Assembly: GCA_050950105.1 (NCBI GenBank)
Contig: JBMNGZ010000008.1
Location: forward strand, 22,167 to 86,166
Length of the DNA stretch: 64,000 nucleotides
Source: Candidatus Hydrogenedentales bacterium
GTDB taxonomy: Bacteria; Hydrogenedentota; Hydrogenedentia; Hydrogenedentales; SLHB01
Reading direction: 5' to 3'
A program made the position numbers and the translations under genes. Positions 9,476 to 16,477 of this stretch are shown here, piece after piece. Under the pieces are notes generated by a model, which was given only the letters and a program-made list of their open reading frames with translations, did not search any database and had not been told where the DNA came from. Position 1 is the stretch's first letter. Each line of letters begins with the position of its first letter.

Positions 9476-10330
9476 AAAACTCCACCCCCGAATCGGCTAT
9501 CGCCGATTCACCCCCGCCCGCGGGGGACAGGTGCGCTGCACATAAGTCTCTGGCCTTCAGGTTTTTGTGTCCCTCGCAGAAAAGGATGGATCAAAAGCCA
9601 AACCAAGCGCCGCGTGTGCCGGTTCCGGGTCTTGTGTCCCCCGCGGGCGGGGGTGGCCGCGAAGCGGCCGGGGGTGGATTGTGCGGGCAGACACACGAGT
9701 CTGCTCCTACGCGTTGCGGAGCATAGATAAACCAGGGAAGCTCCCGCGCTGCGGAAACCTGGATCGATCAGGACGGCTCCTGCGATTCCGTTCCGGAATG
9801 TAGGGGCGACCTCCTGGGCCGCCCATCCGGATCGCTCACGCACTTCGACGGGACGCTGTGAGCTGGAAGTCACACCCCAAAATCCAAGCTGCAAAACTCC
9901 ACCCCCAAATCGGCTATCGCCGATTCACCCCCGCCCGCGGAGGACAGGTGCCCTGGGAGCGCCGACGTCCTCGTCGGCACACGTTCACCTCCGCTCGCGG
10001 GGGACAAGTTGCGCTGCGTTTTGCCGAATGGGGTTACCCTGTTTTGACGGACACGTAGGGGTAGATGGAATGGAGCAAGGAGACCTGCGGCACATGGCTG
10101 CTAGTGAGCGCCGGCTACTGCAATCCGGCCGCAAAACTCCACCCCCAAATCGGCTATCGCCGATTCACCCCCGCCCGCGGGGGACAGGTGCGCTGGGAGC
10201 GCCGACGTCCTCGTCGGCACACGGTTCAGCCTCGCCAGCGGGGACAGCGCGCCGCGCCTGAATCGATCCATTTCCGGCTCTTGTGTCCCCCGCGGGCGGG
10301 GGTGGCCGCGAAGCGGCCGGGGGTGGACTC
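9476..10330. repeat. cluster of composite GC-rich palindromic (REP/BIME-like) repeats in a 1.66 kb non-coding gap
   Basis: Element A (aaaactccacccccRaatcggctatcgccgattcacccccgcccgcggRggacaggtgcSctg) occurs at 9476-9537, 9893-9955 and 10133-10195. Copies 2 and 3 extend with the hairpin gccgacgtcctcgtcggc and a partial re-iteration. Element B (cttgtgtcccccgcgggcgggggtggccgcgaagcggccgggggtgga) occurs at 9631-9678 and 10279-10326 and is an inverted relative of A. Each element is built from perfect stem-loops. Confidence 0.5.
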
Positions 10331-10850
10331 TGTAGACCGCGTGGCCGGGGGGGGCACGCTCAGCTTTTCTTCCTGATGATCCAGCCAAACAATTTCCTCC
10401 GCACGGTTCCTCTGTCCACGCATGTTTGCTTGACACCCGCGGCGCGCCCTGCTAGCCTGAATGTCATTCCGGTGGGCGAGTACCTGTCGAGGGCGAACCT
10501 TGAGCTGATTGGCTCACTCGTAAGCAATGGCAACAAGTACAGCCGATAAAGATGAGAGCCACCCCGCTGTTTGTGAAGCAGCAGACTCCGATGAGGCCGG
10601 GGCTCGTCCCGCGAAATACATGACATACAGTGCGGGGCGCTGGCCAGGCGTCGAGCTTCGGACAAACGGGCACCCGACGGGTCTCCTGCTGCAGATAGGA
10701 GACAGAGTGCAGCCGTCGCATTGGAGCGCCGCCGGCGGCGAGGCAACGCCTCCCTGCTCGTTTGCAGCGGGGGCTCCACAGCCGGCGCTTTCTGCGTCGG
10801 GCTTTTCTTTTTTTTCCTCTTATACACAGCCTGTTGGGGTACACAATATC

Positions 10851-10879
10851 TTGACACACTAAACGTTGTAATCTACACT
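10851..10879 (+). promoter_or_regulatory. putative sigma-70-type promoter for the LysM/lytic transglycosylase gene
   Basis: TTGACA (10851-10856), a 17-nt spacer, then TACACT (10874-10879), about 65 nt upstream of the GTG start at 10946. Confidence 0.3.
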
Positions 10880-10945
10880 ATGGGCCGGGGAGAAAGTTTC
10901 CCGTCTTGCGTTAGAGGCAGAATACGACTTTTTGGGGATATATTC

Positions 10946-13111
10946 GTGAGAAAACACTTGTTGCGCCTGGCGTTCCCACTTGTGCTTTGCCCTCTCCTTG
11001 CTGCGCTTGGCTGCGCCACAGCGGGTGCGCCTGGCAGGCGCGGTGTCCAGACCTTTGAACCTGTTCCGCACGGGCGGGTAGGCCGCCAGGAGCTTCCCAG
11101 TCCTCCTGCGCAACGAGCCACCGACCTGCTTCGGGCCGCCGGTGACGCCTTCCGAAAAGCCAATGAAGCCCAGGAAAACGGCGAAGAACAGGCCGCCTTG
11201 CGCCATTACGCCAAGATGTTACAACTGCTGCAGGAGGCGGACCTCGACCCTGCGATCTTTTACAACCTCCGCCCCGAGTTTGAACGCATTCTTGCCCAGA
11301 CCGCCGCGCAAGCCGGGTTGATGGACAGCGAAGGCCACCTGGAACGGCTCACGCCCGAAGAGATGGCCGAGGCCGGCCTGGGTGGCGGCATCGAAATCCC
11401 GTTTCCACTGCCTGAACGGGTCCTGGCAGAGATCGAAGAGATTCAGCAGGTTTATGCGAAGAACTTCCAGTATGGGTTGAACCGAAGCGTCAAATACGAC
11501 CAGCATCTGCGCCGCGAACTCACGTTGGCCGGCTTGCCCGAAGATCTCGTCTGGCTGGCCATGGTCGAAAGCCAGTTTCATCCCACCGTCGTGTCCCATG
11601 CCGGCGCAGCCGGTATGTGGCAGTTCATGCCCGCGACCGGCCGCCGCTACAACCTCCGCATCACTTCCTACGTCGACGAGCGCTTCAACTGGCGCAAAGA
11701 AACCAATGCCGCTGTCGCTTACCTGACCGAACTGCGCGACTTTTTCGAGGGCGATTGGCCTCTCGCCGTTACCGCGTACAATATGGGCGAGAATGGGATG
11801 GAGCGCGTCATCGCCTTGAATGGGGGAGAACGCGATCTCTGGAAACTCCTGGAAACCTCCCCCGGTTGCGATCGCATGGCTCGTGAATCACAAAAGTTTT
11901 ATGCCAAGTTTCTCGCATCCATCATTGTGGGCAAAAATCCCGAGAAATATGGGTTCACCACCCCTTCCGGCACGGCTGAAGAAGCGGAATTCGTGCCTAT
12001 CGAAGGCAGCTACAGTCTGGCCTCACTGGAAAAGGCCGCCGGCTGGCCCGAAAGTACGCTGCGCGACTTGAACCGTGACCTCACGCGCGGGATCACGCCC
12101 CCCACCGGCGAACACATGCTCGTGGTCCCAAAACATGGGGCCAAAACGCTCCTTGCCGCACTGGAAAACGCGGCCAAAGTGCAGCCCAACGTCCATGTGG
12201 TGAAGCGGGGTGAAACCCCGGATGGCATTGCCAAACACTATGGCGTCTCCGTGCGCGAGTTGATGGCCGTCAACAAGGTCCGCTCTCCGCGCCATCTTCC
12301 GGTCGGGATGAGTCTCATGATCCCCGGTACCGGCAGCGTGCCGGCCCCGAACGCTCCGGCGGCTCCGGCCGTATCAGAAACCCGTGAGACGCACGCCGCA
12401 ACAACGTATCGCGTCAAAAAAGGCGATACGCTGTCCGGAATTGCCACCCGCTTCGGCGCTAAAGTCAGCGACATCCAAACCTGGAACAACATGGGCCGAA
12501 AGACCCGAATTCAGGTGGGCTCCACGCTGAAAGTCGCTCCGGCCGGCACGAAGGTTGCCTCGGCGCCTCAACCCCAGGCGGCCAAACCTGCCGCTGAAAC
12601 CCACACGCACGTCGTGCGGGCCGGCGAATATCCCGCCAAGATCGCCAAACAGTACGGCGTGGGCCTCGATGAATTCCTCGCCTGGAACGGCCTCAAAAAA
12701 GACACCATGATTCGCGTGGGCGACAAACTGCTGGTCCACGGAAAAGTAAAGACCGCCGCCGCATCCGCACCCAGCGAGCCCGCCAAAACCGTATACAAAG
12801 TGAAATCGGGCGATTCCGCCTCGGTCATTGCGGATAAGCACGGCGTGAAGCTCTCCGAACTCCTGAAGTGGAACAACCTTTCCCGCACCTCCACCCTCAA
12901 AGTGGGCAAGGAACTGGTCCTCTACAAACCCGGCGCCCCAAGCGCCCCCGCCAAGGAAGAAGTCGTCGTGCACCGCGTCGCAAAAGGCCAGAATCCCACG
13001 ACGATTGCGCGAAGATACGGTGTCTCCGTAGATGACCTTCTCCGTTGGAACGGCTGGGACAAAAACCGTGTCCTGCGCGTGGGTGACACGGTCACCATTC
13101 GCCCGAACTAA
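10946..13111 (+). CDS. membrane-bound lytic murein transglycosylase D-like protein with five C-terminal LysM domains (lipoprotein/secreted)
   Basis: The GTG start at 10946 gives the signal/lipobox sequence VRKHLLRLAFPLVLCPLLAALGCATAG. The SLT domain shows EDLVWLAMVESQFHPTVVSHAGAAGMWQFMPATGRRY. Five LysM repeats follow (e.g. HVVKRGETPDGIAKHYGVSVRELMAVN, YRVKKGDTLSGIATRFGAKVSDIQTWN). Confidence 0.75.
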   Translation: MRKHLLRLAFPLVLCPLLAALGCATAGAPGRRGVQTFEPVPHGRVGRQELPSPPAQRATDLLRAAGDAFRKANEAQENGEEQAALRHYAKMLQLLQEADLDPAIFYNLRPEFERILAQTAAQAGLMDSEGHLERLTPEEMAEAGLGGGIEIPFPLPERVLAEIEEIQQVYAKNFQYGLNRSVKYDQHLRRELTLAGLPEDLVWLAMVESQFHPTVVSHAGAAGMWQFMPATGRRYNLRITSYVDERFNWRKETNAAVAYLTELRDFFEGDWPLAVTAYNMGENGMERVIALNGGERDLWKLLETSPGCDRMARESQKFYAKFLASIIVGKNPEKYGFTTPSGTAEEAEFVPIEGSYSLASLEKAAGWPESTLRDLNRDLTRGITPPTGEHMLVVPKHGAKTLLAALENAAKVQPNVHVVKRGETPDGIAKHYGVSVRELMAVNKVRSPRHLPVGMSLMIPGTGSVPAPNAPAAPAVSETRETHAATTYRVKKGDTLSGIATRFGAKVSDIQTWNNMGRKTRIQVGSTLKVAPAGTKVASAPQPQAAKPAAETHTHVVRAGEYPAKIAKQYGVGLDEFLAWNGLKKDTMIRVGDKLLVHGKVKTAAASAPSEPAKTVYKVKSGDSASVIADKHGVKLSELLKWNNLSRTSTLKVGKELVLYKPGAPSAPAKEEVVVHRVAKGQNPTTIARRYGVSVDDLLRWNGWDKNRVLRVGDTVTIRPN

Positions 13112-13262
13112 TCCGCCGAACATAGACTCACTACGATACGAGCCGTTTGTCTGCCGCTTGGACCGCTGTAAAAATCGTCGGTCTTCTGCGAGCGGACGCT
13201 CGCCAATTTCCTCCTGCGCGGCTGCGTCCATTTAATTTGCGCAGGCCCGCCAAGCAAATACT

Positions 13263-13292
13263 TTGACACTGTTCACGCACGAGGGGTATAGT
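13263..13292 (+). promoter_or_regulatory. putative sigma-70-type promoter upstream of the PilT-family ATPase gene
   Basis: TTGACA (13263-13268), an 18-nt spacer, then TATAGT (13287-13292). The AAGGAGG Shine-Dalgarno sits before ATG 13369. Confidence 0.4.
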
Positions 13293-13368
13293 GGCTCCCG
13301 ATACGTCAGGCGGCCTTTTATACCCCGGCAGGCAGGATCTCTGAACGTTCCGAAGGAGGGTTCGGCGT

Positions 13369-14877
13369 ATGGCAGAGCATATTGTCGGAATTGGCGGCGA
13401 ACGTAGTATTTTGGAGGCGGTGGCCATTGCCGCGGAAGAACTTGGCGTCGCCGAAGGGCATCCCAAGAAGATCAAGTTGCGGGCGGACACCTGCGAAATC
13501 GTGGCCGAACGCGCGGACTATGAGAGTCCGTTTAGTACATTCACTTTACGGATCCGCTCGGAGGCGATCAGTGCCACGGCCCTCCAGGGAGCCCTTGCTG
13601 CCGGGGCTTCCGAAAAGTATACCCTCACCCAAGACGAAGGATGGCAAGTCCTTCGCTGGCAGGAAACGGCCGCCGAAACGACCGAGGCCCAGCAAGCCGA
13701 AGATAGGGAATTTGCCAGCGCCCTGAAGCTTCCGGAGGTATGGCGCATTCACGGCGCAGATTTCCGTGTCGACGAGATCAGCCCTCATCTTCTCTTCCAG
13801 GCCATGGTGCAATACAAAGCCAGCGACGTCCATCTTTTCCCGGGAGCGCCCCCCGTGTTTCGCGTCGACAACAAGACCCAGGAGTCCAAACTGATCGGAG
13901 CGTTGTCCGCGCATCAGATACGCGCCCTGATCCGTGAAATCGCCGCGGAACGGTATTGGGAAGAGTTCGAGCGCGATTTTCAGACCAGTTTCAATTACCA
14001 CCAGAGCGGGCTCGGGTACGCGCGCGTTTCCGCCTTCACCAAAAACAGCGCCCCCCACTGCACCTTCCGTTTTCTGCCTGAGAAGATTCCGTCGTTCGAG
14101 GAACTCAATATCCCGCACGATACCATGGTCGAGCTGGGCAAGCTCCACCACGGGCTTATCCTCATTACCGGCATGACCGGCAGTGGAAAATCGACCACCA
14201 TGGCCGCACTCGTCGACTGGATCAATGCCAACAAAGCGGTCCATATCCTCTGTATCGAAAATCCCGTTGAATATGTGCATGTCAACAGAAAAGCGGTCGT
14301 CTCGCAGCGCAGTACCGGCTCCGACGTCCGCAATTTCTTCGACGCCGTTACCGGCGCCCTGCGTCATGACCCCGATGTCATCGTCATCGGCGAAATGCGC
14401 GACCCCGACACCATCCGCGCCGCCATTAATGCCGCGGCCACCGGGCACCTGGTGCTCAGCACCCTGCACTCCAACACGGCCTCCGAAGTCATCAACCGGA
14501 TCGTCAGCTTTTTCGATCCGGTCGAGCGCGACCTCGTCAGGCTGCAATTGCGCGACTGCATCCGCTGTGTTCTTTGCCAGCGGCTGGTGCCCCGCATCGG
14601 TGGGGGCCGGGTTCCAACGCTGGAATTTTTGTTCAATGACATCAAACCCATTACCGACGCCATCATCGCCGGCAACACCGATGCCCTGCGAATCGGTATG
14701 CAACAGACCGTGTCGCATTCCTTCCTCTTCGAGGAGTACCTGTACAAGCTCTACAAAAGAAAAATTATCAGTCTCGAAAACGCCCGGGAATTCACCACCG
14801 ATGTCAGTGTGCTCGACCAGATGCTCATGGGCACGTATTCCGTGCCGCGCCTCGATTCCATCAAAGCGGCGCACTGA
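13369..14877 (+). CDS. PilT/PilU-family type IV pilus retraction-type ATPase with a ~150-aa N-terminal extension of unknown function
   Basis: The C-terminal 350 aa carry Walker A (GMTGSGKST), the Asp box/Walker B (DVIVIGEMRD), the His box (LSTLHSN) and a PilT-like AIRRIV-type region. The N-terminal 150 aa (MAEHIVGIGGERSILEAVAIAAEELG...) is not a PilT domain I recognise. No other pilus genes are adjacent. Confidence 0.75.
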   Translation: MAEHIVGIGGERSILEAVAIAAEELGVAEGHPKKIKLRADTCEIVAERADYESPFSTFTLRIRSEAISATALQGALAAGASEKYTLTQDEGWQVLRWQETAAETTEAQQAEDREFASALKLPEVWRIHGADFRVDEISPHLLFQAMVQYKASDVHLFPGAPPVFRVDNKTQESKLIGALSAHQIRALIREIAAERYWEEFERDFQTSFNYHQSGLGYARVSAFTKNSAPHCTFRFLPEKIPSFEELNIPHDTMVELGKLHHGLILITGMTGSGKSTTMAALVDWINANKAVHILCIENPVEYVHVNRKAVVSQRSTGSDVRNFFDAVTGALRHDPDVIVIGEMRDPDTIRAAINAAATGHLVLSTLHSNTASEVINRIVSFFDPVERDLVRLQLRDCIRCVLCQRLVPRIGGGRVPTLEFLFNDIKPITDAIIAGNTDALRIGMQQTVSHSFLFEEYLYKLYKRKIISLENAREFTTDVSVLDQMLMGTYSVPRLDSIKAAH

Positions 14878-14920
14878 GGCTGAACGGACCGGAGCGATGC
14901 CGGCCGATCGAAAAAAAAGG

Positions 14921-14940
14921 TTATCCACAGGTTTTCCACA
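14921..14940. promoter_or_regulatory. pair of DnaA-box-like 9-mers (TTATCCACA, TTTTCCACA)
   Basis: A perfect consensus DnaA box lies at 14921-14929 and a 1-mismatch box at 14932-14940, in the same orientation, in the 366-bp gap upstream of rsmD-nrdR. Confidence 0.3.
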
Positions 14941-15243
14941 GGGGGATGGCCGCGCGCAAAAACAGACAAACGATAAAATCCTGAAGTCCTTGCCGCGAAT
15001 TTCCCGATTTTGGAAACCGAATACTCTCCAACCCGGTTGTGCTCTGTATCTTGTTGATTGTACGTGGGTTACGCCGTTTTTACAGGCCCGCGCCACCCAC
15101 AAGGAGCAATGTGATAGACAGCGAGGTAGCGTACCCTACATATTCTTGAATTTTCTGCCAGTTACGCCTGCTTTTAGCCAAACTGGCAGAGTTATCCCCA
15201 TCAGTTTCTACACCGCGGCGCCTTGTCGCGAACGGTGTTTTTC

Positions 15244-15798
15244 ATGCGGATAATCGCTGGAAAAGCCAAAGGGATGCGGCTTTGTGCACCGAAAAGCCGG
15301 AATGTCCGGCCCACCTTGGATCGCGTGCGCGAAAGCCTGTTCAATATCCTCGGACCCCGGATTCCTCACTCCCGATTCCTGGATCTTTACGCCGGTTCCG
15401 GGGCGAACGGCATGGAGGCGCTCAGCCGTGGCGCTTCCCGTGCCGTTTTTGTCGACAAAGATATCCAGTATATCCGTTCCAACTTGCAAAAAACCCGGCT
15501 AGATTCCCTGGCTGCCTGCGTGCAGGCCAATCTCCCGGGCGGGCTTGAAAAACTCGAAAATCTCCCTCCTTTTGACCTCATTTTCGCTGATCCACCCTTC
15601 AACTTGGTGGATTTCGCCCCTCTCTTGACCCGAATCGCCCGGCACGCGCTTCTGGTGGCCGGCGGGATGATTGTGCTCGAACATGCATCGCGCCTCACGC
15701 TGGACGAGCGCATTGGACCCTTCCAGCGGGACCGCGTCCGCCTCTACGGCGAAACCCAGCTGTCCTTCTATCTTGACGCTCCCGCCCCAATTTGTTAA
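15244..15798 (+). CDS. rsmD: 16S rRNA (guanine966-N2)-methyltransferase
   Basis: Shows MRIIAGKAKG..., the SAM-binding region LDLYAGSGANGMEALSRGA, and the DPPF catalytic motif (IFADPPFN). Confidence 0.7.
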   Translation: MRIIAGKAKGMRLCAPKSRNVRPTLDRVRESLFNILGPRIPHSRFLDLYAGSGANGMEALSRGASRAVFVDKDIQYIRSNLQKTRLDSLAACVQANLPGGLEKLENLPPFDLIFADPPFNLVDFAPLLTRIARHALLVAGGMIVLEHASRLTLDERIGPFQRDRVRLYGETQLSFYLDAPAPIC

Positions 15799-15807
15799 AG
15801 TGCTCCC

Positions 15808-15822
15808 ACAACATATAGTTGT
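15808..15822. promoter_or_regulatory. NrdR-box-like palindrome ACAACATATAGTTGT upstream of nrdR
   Basis: A 15-bp palindrome (ACAAC-ATATA-GTTGT) lies 64 nt upstream of the nrdR ATG. It resembles the AT-centred NrdR operator consensus. Confidence 0.35.
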
Positions 15823-15885
15823 TGAGCGCCCGTAGTTGGAATCTCTTGTGGTAGCATTAAGGTAAGTACCGGAAGGCGAGCCCTC

Positions 15886-16335
15886 ATGCGTTGTCCATTC
15901 TGCAGTCACACCGAAGGCAAAGTCGTGGATTCCCGGTCATCCAAAGATGGCGATTCCATTCGTCGCAGGCGTGAGTGCCTCCGCTGTGGCCGCCGTTTCA
16001 CCACCTACGAACGCATCGAGGAAATCGCCCAGATGGTGATCAAAAAGGATGGGCGGCGCGAGGCCTTTGATCGCTGGAAAATCAAGAGCGGTATCCTCAA
16101 AGCCTGTGAAAAACGTCCCGTCAGCCTGGAACAGGTCGATTCCCTCATCGACAGCGTCGAGCGCGCGCTGTTCAATTCCTCCGACAACGAAATTTCCACG
16201 GAAGCCATCGGGGCCGCGGTCATGGACCGGCTCAAAGACATCGATCAGGTGGCGTACGTCCGTTTCGCTTCGGTCTACCGCCAGTTCAAAGACCTGAACG
16301 AATTCATGGACGAGTTGAAGGGGCTTCTCATCTGA
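15886..16335 (+). CDS. nrdR: transcriptional repressor NrdR (zinc ribbon + ATP-cone)
   Basis: Shows the N-terminal zinc ribbon [19 protein letters not shown]...[12 protein letters not shown] followed by an ATP-cone ([16 protein letters not shown]). Confidence 0.9.
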   Translation: MRCPFCSHTEGKVVDSRSSKDGDSIRRRRECLRCGRRFTTYERIEEIAQMVIKKDGRREAFDRWKIKSGILKACEKRPVSLEQVDSLIDSVERALFNSSDNEISTEAIGAAVMDRLKDIDQVAYVRFASVYRQFKDLNEFMDELKGLLI

Positions 16336-16477
16336 CCCTCTGCCTGCCGGCCCTGACCCCACGCCGGATTTGCCCTTGTGTCTCCGGTCAAAAGCCGCTA
16401 AACTGATGTCTTGCACGCCATTGCACTGTATCTGAACGCTGCGGGACATTGCCTGCGCCATTTCGCAACAGAAACTG

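Noticed and set aside
9700-9800. Possible TPP or cobalamin riboswitch (AACCTGGATC..., CAGGGAAG... segments)
   Set aside because: The obligatory thi-box (CTGAGA) and B12-box consensus are absent. Only short chance resemblances are seen.
9476-10330. CRISPR array hypothesis for the repeated GC-rich elements
   Set aside because: The repeats are 48-130 bp, internally palindromic, present in both orientations and irregularly spaced with non-uniform intervening lengths. There are no cas genes and no leader-like AT tract adjacent to them.
9064-10945. RNase P RNA, tmRNA, SRP RNA or 6S RNA in the 1.66 kb gap
   Set aside because: None of the universally conserved blocks (GGAAAGTCCGGGCTCC, GTAAGAGCGCACC, tmRNA tRNA-like termini, the SRP GGAAGCAGCC domain) could be found by eye.
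13546-15102. 518-aa minus-strand ORF opposite the PilT-family gene
   Set aside because: It is antisense to a gene with intact Walker A/B and His-box motifs and has no recognisable domain of its own.
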